Part shown: positions 1 through 12,721 of the stretch, in pieces | Position numbering within the stretch: position 1 is the first letter of the stretch | Layout of the letters: the number at the start of each line of letters is the position of its first letter | Source: an uncultured Methanosarcinaceae archaeon | GTDB lineage: Archaea > Halobacteriota > Methanosarcinia > Methanosarcinales > Methanosarcinaceae | Assembly: GCA_963833425.1 (NCBI GenBank) | Contig: CAWHXP010000005.1 | Span: 1 to 64,000 of the forward strand | Reading direction: 5' to 3' | DNA: 64,000 nt | Position numbers and translations under genes: made by a program | Notes under the pieces: generated by a model | Database searches by the model: none | Told to the model about the DNA's origin: nothing | Seen by the model: the letters and a program-made list of their open reading frames with translations, nothing else

Positions 1-123
1 GCAATTTGACACTATAATTTTCACCTTTGTGTGTCATTTTCGCCCGAATGAAAATGATCAAATTTCCGAATTGTGATGGTTTTAATTATTTTGAAGAAAG
101 CCAAATATTTTTGCAACGGAACC
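1..123. mobile_element. Right part of a ~150-bp MITE (family with GGTTCCGTTGCAAAA terminal inverted repeats)
   Basis: Ends in TTTTTGCAACGGAACC at 123. Internal similarity (ctataatt...ttgtgatg.ttt...agcca.a) to the complete copy at 14141-14289. Confidence 0.7.
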
Positions 124-1284
124 ATGATTTCATTTACTTACTATAATTATCAAGTAATAGGGACAGTGCAGTTAAACAAAGAACTGAATTATCTTGCATC
201 ACATCCTCAGGATGTTAAAGTTAATGTTGGAGCTTTCGTTGCCACTAAAATAAGGTTAAATGAATTTGGTATAAAATACGAGAATGTTCCAGTTCAAAAT
301 AATTTAAAACCCTGGTCTACACTGTTTCAATTGTATGTTAAAGTGTATTTACCTGACAAAACTGGATGAAAGAAAAATACTGTTATAAAAAAAATATCGA
401 ATGAATATAAATATAAAATAATCCTATACATTAAAGATAATAAATACGTTAAGAACTTAGTATAACTTACGTTCTCATCTGCTATTGCCTAGCAGCAATC
501 TATCCCAAAAAACCCACCTATCCAATACGTCACAAGAATTTACTCCATAGAATGACAAGATAAAATCATAAAATACAATTAGTGGTTCCAATATCAAATC
601 TCTTTGATCTCGGATTGTATATTTCTGAACTTCAATTATTTTTCAGATGAGAACGTAACTACTCGTGATAAAATAGGATTACCAATAGCCTATAATTTTT
701 GCTATTAAACTGTTCTTTCTTGGATCTATTGCCTATATAGATTCTTCTTATTCTCTAAAACAGTACATATTTGCCTTTTTCGTCAAAGTTAATTCTCAAA
801 TAAATACAAATTTTAGACATAAATTGACAAATAAATTCCAAAATTAATTCGATTTAAGCAGTAAAAAAGCCAACAAATGCCGAATTAAATCAATTAATTA
901 ACATAAAAAGGCTATAATTAACGGAAAATCATCAAATAAATTGCTGCGACCAACAAATCCATGGAAACCGTCATATTCTCTTTCAGGATCTATATCACGA
1001 CCGCTGCCATACTCACCACGGTCACTAAAATCCTTCGCCAACGAAGCCACGGAAACCAATTTAGCGACTCTAGAAATGATTTTGTGATGGGTAGCTATTC
1101 CCAGCCAACGAATGAGAACATTACCTTGAACCTATCAGTGGCTTATCACTTATTTATATTTACTATTATAATGTTTATGTACCTATCAATATTAACCCAT
1201 AATATGTAGAATAACTAACTAGATGATTTATGAGACGATTAGTTTCCTTATTTTGCTTACACTAGCTGAATAAGGTTCTATTTA

Positions 1285-1388
1285 TCTTTAAGAGCAAAAT
1301 CAGTAAGATTTTTCACGAGTAAAAATTATTCAAAGATATCTAAACTCTCCAATGGTCATAATGCATAAGAGTTTATCGAAATTATCTA
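1285..1388 (-). mobile_element. IS5-family left-end remnant
   Basis: taagagcaaaatcagtaaga...gagtttatcgaaatt matches the left end and transposase start of the IS5 copy at 12290-12392. Confidence 0.65.
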
Positions 1389-1437
1389 TAACTTATTTCC
1401 AGAGATCTTTTATTAAGTTGGGGGCTATAAGATCCAC

Positions 1438-2373
1438 TTACAACAAGCCTTCTGGATAAGGTTCAAAAAAAGTCTGCTGCAGAAGATATTGATCCTCAAA
1501 ACGTACTATCCATGATCTGATTGTGTTTATTGCTGGGCAAAGAGAGGTTTTTCTGTCCCTGTATTTTTGAATCCAGTCAAAAAAAAGGGTTTTTTCATCG
1601 TTTGAAAGATTCTCTGAAAAATGCCCGAAGGAATGCATGAGTACGTTAATACTCGAAGTATATCGAGGAGGTTTGGTTAAAGCATTGTAGAAGTGTCTTT
1701 CATAATCTGAAATTATTTCGTAAAAGGGTTTTTGTTCTTTATTTGCAACAATTGCCCCCATTTTCCGGAGTTCTGCCTGGCTATAAGCCATGAGAAGATA
1801 CTTATTTTCAGTATGAAACCTGATCAGATCCTTTATGTTCCCTTCGGATTTTACTTTCCGGAAAGCTGCAAATATAAATAGCTTTGTCAGGAAATGTTCT
1901 TTTATACGGGCGTTTCTGAGCCTTCCTTCATCCTCAATTGGAAGGAAAGGATATCTTTTCAGGACTGCTTCCCCAAAATATCCCGACGTTTTCCCAATTG
2001 CTCCTGACTTATTGACAGAAGGATAAACTTTTACATCTTTCAGCCCACAGGAAGGAGATCTGAATTTAAGAATAAAACCGTCAACATTTACTAGTGAATC
2101 AAGAAAATCAGTACAAAAGGCCTTCATATCTTCAGTTACATCCTTGCCGCTGGTAGGCTGTATAAGCCTGTGTTCTCCTTTTTCAAGAGTTATTCTCACT
2201 GGACTTCTTGGAATACCAAGCCCTATCTCCACTTCCGCACAAACAGGCAGAAAATCAACATATTCCTTCAGCTTTGCCACGATTAAGCTGCTTATCATAT
2301 CTCCATTATATCGGCAGTGATCGAACTCAAGGCATTTACTAACCACAACTCTCGGCTTAACAAATTCTCTCAT
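1438..2373 (-). CDS. DUF523/DUF1722 (YbgA, 2-thiouracil desulfurase-like) protein
   Basis: VVVSKCL..CRYNG, PVCAEVEIGLGIPR, KFRSPSCG, EDEGRL and FHTENKYLLMAYS motifs. Confidence 0.9.
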   Translation of the reverse strand: MREFVKPRVVVSKCLEFDHCRYNGDMISSLIVAKLKEYVDFLPVCAEVEIGLGIPRSPVRITLEKGEHRLIQPTSGKDVTEDMKAFCTDFLDSLVNVDGFILKFRSPSCGLKDVKVYPSVNKSGAIGKTSGYFGEAVLKRYPFLPIEDEGRLRNARIKEHFLTKLFIFAAFRKVKSEGNIKDLIRFHTENKYLLMAYSQAELRKMGAIVANKEQKPFYEIISDYERHFYNALTKPPRYTSSINVLMHSFGHFSENLSNDEKTLFFDWIQKYRDRKTSLCPAINTIRSWIVRFEDQYLLQQTFFEPYPEGLL

Positions 2374-3180
2374 TTAAACCCAAACAAAAAAGAATTACTA
2401 GCATAAATTACTTTTCAGAAAGGAAGGCTTAAAATCTTTTTTGTTCGGTAATAGGAAAACGATGAAAGATTTTTTTACCCATCTGCTCGATTTTTGTGGA
2501 GAATAAGTTTTGAGCAAAGCAGCGAATAATGGGTGAACTGTGACACGCATCATAAAACCAAGAAGTGTATGAGAACCTGCTTTCAACTGTCTCCAGCTTA
2601 ATCGATCTGCCCATGTTAATAACGGCTACCTACTAACTGGTCAAGAACCACAATAACAAAAACAAGGGTTACAACTCCCAAAATGATAGTTGTTAAATCT
2701 CCCTTATTTACCGTCTCCTTAAGGTTGCTGCCTAATCCTAGAAGTATGAAATCACGCTGACTTGTGGTGAATATCTCTACAGCCATCAAGAAAAATCATC
2801 CTCCTGTTCAACTCATCATATTATTCCAGATTAAGATTATGGAGGCAAAGGGTAGTTCCAGTGTCTTAACCCACATCCAGCCGTGGAAGCGGAAAATAGT
2901 GCTTGCTGCAAGTAGCTACATGGGTATATTCTTAAGTGATTGATACCAGGCAAATACAATATTCCATACTTGGGTTATGAAAATCAAAATAATTGATGCT
3001 AGTCTATTACAAATCTCTGCGGCAGAAAAAACTGAGGTTCAATAAGACGAATAGCAGAAACAAGAGAATCAGCACTTTGCAGTATATCAAGTAATGGTGA
3101 TGAATATACGCTATGCATTCAATTATAGGCGACTATATATCCAAAGACTACGGTAAAAAGCACAGGAAAGTATGTAAGCA

Positions 3181-3560
3181 ATAACCATTTAGCACAGGTC
3201 TATAGGTGATTTGGCGTTGAGTAGTTTTGTAACAAAATCAGAATATAAATCAGAATGGTCAGGAAAAACCATTTCTATGCTAGGTAAATTTGAACCATCA
3301 TCTAAGATCTGTCATTTTTGTGGATACCATAACTCTGAGCTAACACTAAAAGATAGAGAATGGAAATGTCCTGATTGCAAGACAAAAAATAATAGAGACT
3401 TTAATGCTGCAATTAACATCAAAAAATTTTTTCTCATTGATCAAAATCGAATTTGAATCTGATACCCGTGGAATGCGGGGAATGGGCTTGGGGACTTGTT
3501 CTCAAAAGAGAAAGGAATGAACCAAAAAAGCCACTTAGTCTTCAGTTGAGTGTAATTCAC
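3181..3560 (+). mobile_element. tnpB: IS605-family remnant: TnpB C-terminus plus right end
   Basis: PSSKICHFCG...REWKCPDCK...RDFNAAINI zinc ribbon/RuvC-III. It is followed by a ~100-nt structured tail ending TTCAC. The 5' part is deleted. Confidence 0.85.
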
Positions 3561-3615
3561 AAGAAAAATCTGTAGAAATGAATAAAGCTTGAAATTAGAT
3601 AATTATAAAATTTAG

Positions 3616-3700
3616 TGCGAGGGATGGGATTCGAACCCACGAACTCCTACGAGAATAGGCCCTCAACCTATCGCCTTTGACCTGGCTGGGCAACCCTCGC
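3616..3700 (-). tRNA. tRNA-Leu(GAG)
   Basis: Reverse complement folds as a cloverleaf: GCGAGGG acceptor stem, anticodon arm ATAGG-TTGAGGG-CCTAT, long variable arm, GTTCGAATC T-loop. Confidence 0.97.
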
Positions 3701-4082
3701 ACATAGAATGTTCATCTGTCTTAATATCAAGCATTTATCAATGTGTTATTTTTTTGTTAGCAAACGAAGTTTTACTCAAAAATATAAGAACTGTCCTCAG
3801 ACTACTTACTCTGCTTAGCTAGGCAACCCTTAAATCTCTTTTTATTTTGATATATATGCGTGCTTTGCACCCGGCAATTCCTCACAATATCATGGATAAT
3901 ATATAAACATTTCGAGACATAAAAGATCATTGCAATACTTTTTAAAGACCTGATAGAGCAAGACAATAGATAAAGTATTCAGTTATAAAAAAGTTCAGAG
4001 AAATATCTCCAATTGAAACTTTCAGAGTCAGAAGACTTGAATTATGACAAAAGTTGATTATGGACTGCATCTAAGCAGTCGC

Positions 4083-4883
4083 TTAGAGCTGGTCCAGTAT
4101 GTGTAATATTTCTTCAGCTTTACCTTTAATCACGTTTGCTGCATTTAGAGCAAGGTCTTTAGCTGTGTAAGAACCATCTGATTCCATGGTAAACACAAAA
4201 GCTTTTTCATTGAAGTTTATTTTAATTGCATGAATGTCACATACCTGCTCACAGAGCCTGCAGAGAAAACATTTAATGATATCATCCTCAGCAATTCTAG
4301 CTCCTGTTCCTTCGATTCGTATGATACCCTTTGGGCATTCTGCAGCACATTGGCCACATGCATCACAGTTTTCAATAATTATGATAGGTACGTTCTTGTA
4401 ACCGCAGGCTACACCAGCTTGCCATTTAACGCTATCTCTACCGTATCCCATATGGGCAATGGCCTCAAGCACGAGTTTTTGTCCCTTTTTTAGCTCAACA
4501 ATAGGTATGTTAGGATCAGCTGGCTGGATCTTTGGATCAGAAGAAATAAGATCCCGTGAATAAACAGTTGCTGGGCCTTCTGAGCTAAGGGTTAATGACA
4601 CCTCGCAGGCAGGACAGCCTTCTCCTCCGCAGACATCGCATTCTGCCTGTGGTACATAAGTCTCTATATCCGTTATGAGCGGTATTAAGGACAGACGGAG
4701 GGCTAGCTGCTCATCATAGAGTACCGAGGTATTGTCATAAAGGTTTACATACTCAATCGCAAGAGTTGGTACATCTGCGATCATGGCACGCCGAATGCTG
4801 TTGGCAAAAGATGTACTTACATTGGAAAGCACGAATTTTGCAGATCTTTCCGATAACTCCAGAATGTCTACTTCCATCGTCAT
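4083..4883 (-). CDS. rpoD: DNA-directed RNA polymerase subunit D (Rpo3) with ferredoxin-like Fe-S domain
   Basis: FANSIRRAMIADVPTLAI, NTSVLYDEQLALRLSLIP and CDACGQCAAECP motifs. Lies in the rps13-rps4-rps11-rpoD operon. Confidence 0.98.
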   Translation of the reverse strand: MTMEVDILELSERSAKFVLSNVSTSFANSIRRAMIADVPTLAIEYVNLYDNTSVLYDEQLALRLSLIPLITDIETYVPQAECDVCGGEGCPACEVSLTLSSEGPATVYSRDLISSDPKIQPADPNIPIVELKKGQKLVLEAIAHMGYGRDSVKWQAGVACGYKNVPIIIIENCDACGQCAAECPKGIIRIEGTGARIAEDDIIKCFLCRLCEQVCDIHAIKINFNEKAFVFTMESDGSYTAKDLALNAANVIKGKAEEILHILDQL

Positions 4884-4941
4884 ATACCCTAATTTCCCTT
4901 ATATTTTTATCAATTCAAAAAATAGAATTTTGAAAATTCTC

Positions 4942-5979
<1,038 letters not shown>

Positions 5980-6001
5980 GTAGAATCACCTAATCGAAAA
6001 A

Positions 6002-6535
<534 letters not shown>

Positions 6536-6756
6536 TCAGGAGCAGCTCTCTAAAGGAGCTTCTTTACAGCATATACTGATGAGTTCAGTTACATGAAACT
6601 ACCAGTATATAATTTTATCTTCACTGCTTTCTATTCAACACGAATTCCAGCAGGATTAAATGGAAAAATGATCGATGATCGAGTATTTGAGCAAAGTGCT
6701 GAAATATAGATGAAAATATTGAGAAACTTGCATTAAAAATTATGTAGGAAATACGA

Positions 6757-6839
6757 CGCCGAGAGGGAGATTCGAACTCCCGAGGGGCTAAGCCCCACAA
6801 GCTTTCCAGGCTTGCGCCTTACCACTAGACTACCTCGGC
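6757..6839 (-). tRNA. tRNA-Ser(GGA)
   Basis: Cloverleaf GCCGAGG...CTCGGCG, anticodon arm CAAGC-CTGGAAA-GCTTG, long variable arm. Confidence 0.97.
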
Positions 6840-8039
6840 ATAAAGCATATGGTCCGACCTATACCATAAAGGAATTGTGATATATATATTTTATTCTAAA
6901 GGTAGTATTTCAGATTTGCTGCAGTTCTGGATGAGAAAAATAGATGGCATTTTTGTGTATTAATTTTAGTTCAATAAAGAACATTTAAAATAGAACTAAC
7001 GTTTGACATTTACAGCTTCTATGCTAAGATTAATAGATAAATTATTTTTGTATGAAGCATTTGAAAGTTTAATAACCGTTTAATATTATTTATGTTTTCT
7101 AATAATTTTAAAGAATATCACAAATTATCAATAAATTCCATACTTACTAAAACAACAACCTTTGTCATAAAACATTTTTATTTTTTAGTTAAAGCAACCT
7201 TTTGTTTTTTGGCTGAACATCTCTTGACCCACCAACGATAAAGTTTCAATAATGTCATGAATCACGAAAATATGATAGTTTTAGAACATCGCCAGGATAT
7301 CGCGAATTGACAGTAAAAAATCATGCTGGGACCAAGCTCAACCATTCCTATTCAAACGCCTAGTACAGCAGATGGTACATGGAATATGAGACCATCTCAA
7401 CATTCTACAGATGCTGACACAATCTAACATTGAGATCATCTAAACTTTCTTCTCAATTATTGATTTTTATGGGATAAAAACAGATTTTACTCTAGAAGAA
7501 GATATTCTACTTAAGTCTCTGTAGTGAATTTTATCAAAAACTCTATTATGTACGCTCAGGTTATCATCATCTCACTTTCTGGAATGAGCATTTCATTTTC
7601 AGATTTTGTTGAATCTGGAGCTGACAGTAAACCGCAAAGTTTGACCTTTCAAATCTAGAGATGGAAAAGATATTGAGGTGAAAATTAAGGGACATTATTG
7701 TAAAAAAGCTAATATTTTTTTTTCGTTGTCATGAATGTAGATAGTTATGATGATCATGTTTTTGTCTTTGTTGTTTCATTGATGCAGAGGTTTTTGTTAA
7801 AGCCTTACATCAGTAAAAAAAGATAAGTGCTATTGTTGATGTCAAAAAAAAGATACTTAGTATTTCCTAATTTACAGAACTTTCGGCACGCTGCCGATCT
7901 GGTCAAAATACAAAACGTCAAACAGCGTCATTTTTATTTATATGTCTACAAATTATATTATATTTCTCTCTACATAGTATTCAAATCTGCACATAAAATA
8001 TATTTTCCGATGGCAAATGATAAGTTTAGTCTTATTATA

Positions 8040-8465
8040 ATTCTCTAAAAGATCTTTTAAAAAGCATTAATAAGTATTTTAGTCCAGTGTGATGCGGGTG
8101 TTTGCGGAACCGCCATCCTAGAAAAGGCCAAAATAAAGTTTGAGGCAGTGCCCACATCTGATCCTCCATGAGATGAAAAATAGAACCTGATGCAAGGGTT
8201 AGGACTTTGGTATCTCCTCTTTTATCGCATAGGTATAAACCTTCAGAAAGAGGGTAAAAGAAAATAGTAATGTATGAGCTATCGTTCGTCCGTTTGCAAT
8301 GGTAGAAGAATATATAATTATTCCTAGAGGTTTATCTATTAAGTCTGGAAGAAGTGATCCAATGACCAGATATGTTGGATCTATAATAGTCTGCAATTGT
8401 GGTATGAGAAATAAAAGTCCAAAGAATATTCCCAGCGTGACGTCAATATGTCCAAAAAGAAGCAT
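8040..8465 (-). pseudogene. Metal-dependent hydrolase (YdjM-like) pseudogene
   Basis: MLLFGH...GSLLPDLIDKPLG...GRTIAHTLLF. Frame breaks, then continues as TLASGSIFHLMEDQMW. Confidence 0.7.
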
Positions 8466-9342
8466 TGAAATTTAAAGATACTTTAGCTATATATAAATAT
8501 TATTTATTTATTAGAGAATGTCTTCAAATTAAATTTGATTCTACAGCAAGGATAAAGAACAATCCTATAAATTTAATTTGTAATTGAGTTTCATATGTTA
8601 TCAGTTAAGTGAGGAATCGTGCTAAATTACATCGATTTTCAGAATTTTTTAAATTATTTATAATATATATTTGTAATGTTATACCGATTTCACTTTAAAA
8701 TGATCAAGACTTGTAAATAATTTTTTTGTTGAAATCGAGACTATCAAGCAAGAAAATTGCTGAACCGATGACCAATGAATAATAGTAGTCAAATAAATAA
8801 AAAATTATACATTTATGTGCATATGTATTCATCTATGGGATGTGTGTTCCAATAGCATCAATCCTTATTATGGTTACTGAACCAAGTATACAAACAGGGA
8901 CATATTATTTTATGGTCCTTTTCATGCTATGCAGGGATATTCTATCTTCACTTGTATTCATAATCTTTATTTTTGTTCAATTAATTATAAAAGTGCATTT
9001 GCAATTAAGCTATAAGCTATAAAATAGTACAGAGATAATAATAAAATGTTACCACATAATCGATCGATGTTTTAATTTGATCTTAGTATAAAAATGACAA
9101 ATAAAACGAGCGAAATTCGGCGGTAAATTATAATTTTGAAATATGGAAAGCCTTTTATAACGAAATTTACCAGTATAAAAATAGCAAAAAAGTGCAACTG
9201 CGTAAATCGTAGGAGACTAATTATATATCTACTGTAGTTCGGCTTAGACAGTCAAGCATGTAAACCATATATATCGAATATTATCTGAGATTAAGAGCTT
9301 AATCTAAGAAATAGTTTTGAGACAAAATATAGAGGTAATTTT

Positions 9343-9741
9343 ATGACAGAGGATTCAGAGTCAAAAGAAAATATCGAAAACGCAGCTTCCAAAAATGATA
9401 AAAAGGGTATTATAATTGAATTTGTGAAAGCTGACTGTTTCAAGCAGATATATGCAATTGGAGCCGCAGGCGGGCATAGTCCATATGATTTCAGGATTGG
9501 TTTTTACAACGATACTCCAAAGATGTTCGGGGACGTTCCAGATTCTAGAATTGTTGAAAGGCGTATTGAAACTGAAGTAATTCTTTCTCCCGTCGCTGCT
9601 CTTGAACTTAACCGTTGGCTTACTCAGCATATAAATGAATACGAATCTGTCTTTGGACCCATCGCAAGAGCGATTCCGAGAGCGAATAAAGAATCTACAA
9701 AGCATGTTGATGAATGTACGGAAATTAAGGGTTATATCTGA
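9343..9741 (+). CDS. Conserved protein, DUF3467-like
   Basis: IYAIGAAGGHSPYDFRIGFY...EVILSP..A..L..WL..HI..YE..FGPI pattern. Confidence 0.75.
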   Translation: MTEDSESKENIENAASKNDKKGIIIEFVKADCFKQIYAIGAAGGHSPYDFRIGFYNDTPKMFGDVPDSRIVERRIETEVILSPVAALELNRWLTQHINEYESVFGPIARAIPRANKESTKHVDECTEIKGYI

Positions 9742-10072
9742 TCAAATAAAAGATACAATAGTTGCTTTTACGCCTGAAATGCTTTGAGATCTTATTTTTG
9801 AATAGAGCCGCTTGAACTGACACGTATTTAAAGAACTATGGATATCGATGGTTATATATCTCTGTAAGGGTATGTAATTTTTAGTTTTTCTCAAAGTCGG
9901 TGAAGTGAAGATTCAGAATAATTTTTCAGTTGCTTGCAGAACCTTTGATAAGGGCAACATGCTGACAATAGTGGATATTACTTTGACGATGTTTGCCCGC
10001 ACCGGCTTTGGAAAGTAAAAAGCAGGAACCCGAAAGTACGGGAACCAGGAATAACTAAGCGAGGGTTTAAAT

Positions 10073-10297
10073 TTGTTCCCAAATAAAAAAGTTCAGAAAA
10101 TTGTTGGATCCAGGATCCAGGTAGAAATGAAAGGCGATTTTAATCTGCTTGAAGGTACTCTTAAGAGTGTTGATGATTATATGAACCTGCATCTAGTGGA
10201 CACCATGGAAATTGTAAAAGGAGAAAAAGTTCGTTCCCTTGGTTCTGTAGTGCTTCGGGGCAATAACATCATACTGATTACTCCTGTCGAAGAATAA
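10073..10297 (+). CDS. Sm-like (LSm/SmAP2-type) RNA-binding protein
   Basis: Sm1 motif GTLKSVDDYMNLHL and Sm2 motif VVLRGNNIILI. Confidence 0.95.
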   Translation: MFPNKKVQKIVGSRIQVEMKGDFNLLEGTLKSVDDYMNLHLVDTMEIVKGEKVRSLGSVVLRGNNIILITPVEE

Positions 10298-10328
10298 AAC
10301 TTCATAAGGAATATATTAGTGTGGAATC

Positions 10329-10685
10329 ATGGATCTTGAAGAAGAAGCATACGATATCATAAAAAAACACACGGAAGGAGTTTTCCAGAATGTCATCTGG
10401 AAAGAGCTGCAAATAGACAGCAGAAAATGTTCCAGAATCATAAAGAAGCTTCTGGATAAAGACCTTATTATCCGTGAAGTTGGTGTCTCAAATGGGGCAA
10501 GAACATATCTCCTGAGAGCAAAAGAAGAGATTAAGGAGAAATATGACCTCCTACTTGCAGGGGAAATGTTTTCAGCTTGTACTGGCTGTACCTGTGACTG
10601 TGAGCCTGAATACTGCGGGAGGCTAAGCGAATGGATCGGAAAACTAATGGAAGAAGAAGCTAGAAAACTCGGAAGAACTCGATGA
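10329..10685 (+). CDS. Winged-helix plus Cys-cluster protein, RPC34/TFE-beta-like
   Basis: N-terminal wHTH (GVFQNVIWKELQIDSRKCSRIIKKL) and C-terminal CTGC..DCEPEYC..L..W. Adjacent to the Sm gene. Confidence 0.75.
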   Translation: MDLEEEAYDIIKKHTEGVFQNVIWKELQIDSRKCSRIIKKLLDKDLIIREVGVSNGARTYLLRAKEEIKEKYDLLLAGEMFSACTGCTCDCEPEYCGRLSEWIGKLMEEEARKLGRTR

Positions 10686-11062
10686 AATAGAAGAAAATTT
10701 TGAAAATATTGACGAAGCTGGAGAAAATATCTGAAAAGTTGTTGTAAATATTCAGCTTACAGAAAATCAGTTAAATGGTATTTTTAGATATAATTTAATG
10801 CTTCTGATTACTAAATGATGGATAACTACAAAACATGTTCAATAGCTACAGTTAAATAAAATACACCCTCATAAATTTGCTCAGCGAATCTTGGTAAAGA
10901 TGAATATTATGATATTATTTTTCACGGGCTTGATAGATACAAATAGTTGTAATTACAAGTCACGGTATGTAGTTGGAATATCGAAAGTTAATAATTTCTT
11001 TATAATTATATTCCTTGTTGAAGAATACTCTTAAAAAAGGTTAAAAAAATGCAAATACACAA

Positions 11063-11138
11063 AAAATTGTAGTGTAGTCCAACCCAATCATTCTAGCCTT
11101 TGAACAGAAAACTCAGATTTTTATCCTGGCCGAAACAT
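11063..11138 (+). pseudogene. Degenerate tRNA-Glu copy
   Basis: gtagtgtagtcc..ccaatcattc..gccttt.ga...gaa.actc.g.tt...atcc.ggccg aligns colinearly with the tRNA-Glu at 12474. Acceptor stem, anticodon and T-loop are mutated. Confidence 0.8.
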
Positions 11139-11256
11139 AGTGTTGAATTTTTATACGCCGTTGGCTTGAAATAGATTTCACTGATAAGTCAAATAAAACT
11201 ATGGAGTATAATAATTTAACTTGACTATTATTTGTAAATATTCTGTCTAAATGTAA

Positions 11257-12392
11257 AGAGGATTTCAATAAACTTCGGATTTTATTTCTTAGCAGGAATT
11301 TCTCATATCTTCCCCTCAATTTCTCTATTTAAGTCCTCTTTTTGGCTTTGCTCATTCTCAATTCTTTGATTTTAAAGATAGCTTCCGCCATCTTCATTAT
11401 ACTTTTTTTATTTTCAATGTCCTCAATTGATGGAGATTATAACAAAAAGCCGTACACAACATTTTTAGATTTACTCTTTTAACAATAGTAACAAAAACTC
11501 TTCCTGCTTTGAAAATTTCTTTCGTTACTGAATAAACTCTTTTCCCTTGTAATCTTTTTGAGCTAATTCTCTTATTTCTGAATATATCCTTTATTCCCAG
11601 CGTATGTCCTTTGACTGCTCTTTTCATTGTTGCATTATACCCTTTCATTTTTGATCCAAAGTATCCTCTGTCCCTATAAACCACTTCATTTTCCTCTGTC
11701 AAATCTACATACGAATCATGTACTTACGCAGTTGTTGTTTTGAATCTTCTGATCAGCTCAGAATCTCTGTCTATTATATTATGAAGCTTATATCCAAAGT
11801 GAGACTTACCTCCCTTCTTTGTCCATGTTCCGTCTCTGATTCTTCTTGTTTTTGCCTCATCTCTCTGCTTTTGCATGTCCTGGATCTGAATGGATAAAAG
11901 TAGCATCCTGAATCATTCCCTACTTTATCTGTAAACTCAGAGCATCAAGTTGGCTTTGCAACTTTCCCCATATTTTCTTTGAAATTCTCGATAATTCTCT
12001 CCCTAAATAGCTATACAGTAGTACTGTCAGGTATGTATTCCGGAAATCCAAGGAATTTCCTAAAAGAAATTCGATCTATACACTGTTTCTCAAGTTCAAA
12101 ATCAGAGAGCCCATGCCATTGTTGTAAAACAAGCATTTTGAACATCACAATGACATCAGTTTCAGGTCTCCCTCATGAAACGGTTTTGTTAATATACATA
12201 GACTAAAGAATAATACGAAAAGTTTTTCAATCAATTAAGGAATCAATTTCAGCAAGCTTATCTCCAACAGATTCAAAACTTTTATATTCTTATTTAAGAG
12301 CAAAATCAGTAAGAGTTTTCATGAATATACATAAATATTTACAAATTTAAAGCCAACCATTCTCAATAGCAGGGAGTTTATCGAAATTCTCT
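11257..12392 (-). mobile_element. IS5-family element, full length, transposase frameshifted
   Basis: Terminal inverted repeats AGAGGATTTCAATAAAC / GTTTATCGAAATTCTCT. Fragments LQQWHGLSD, DGTWTKKGGKSHFGYKLH and VYRDRGYFG. Confidence 0.92.
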
Positions 12393-12473
12393 AAAGTCAA
12401 TAAGAATAACTTTATGATGGATAGATTTATATATTTCAAACATATAATGGAAGTCTCGCTTAAGATGCAACGT

Positions 12474-12548
12474 GCTCCGGTAGTGTAGTCCGGCCAATCA
12501 TTCCGGCCTTTCGAGCCGAAGACTCGGGTTCGAATCCCGGCCGGAGCA
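12474..12548 (+). tRNA. tRNA-Glu(TTC)
   Basis: GCTCCGG acceptor stem, anticodon loop CTTTCGA, GGTTCGAATCC T-arm, encoded CCA at 12549-12551. Confidence 0.98.
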
Positions 12549-12721
12549 CCAAAATATTCTTTTTAAAGTTCTGTTGGATAAAAGTTTACACGAAAAAGGA
12601 TAAAGAACTCTTGGGCAGCGTTGCTATTGACAATGATCGTTATATGGGTACTTGATGATCTATTTCGTCCTCGATGTGATCCGTCAAACGCTTCTATCCA
12701 CCGTTTCTAGGATGTGTTCTT

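Noticed and set aside
2400..2990. Possible decayed membrane-protein gene upstream of the DUF523 gene
   Set aside because: Coding-like composition but no family motif I could identify with confidence.
9990..10070. Structured RNA upstream of the LSm gene
   Set aside because: Only a short CCCG-AAAGTA-CGGG hairpin, not enough to support an ncRNA call.
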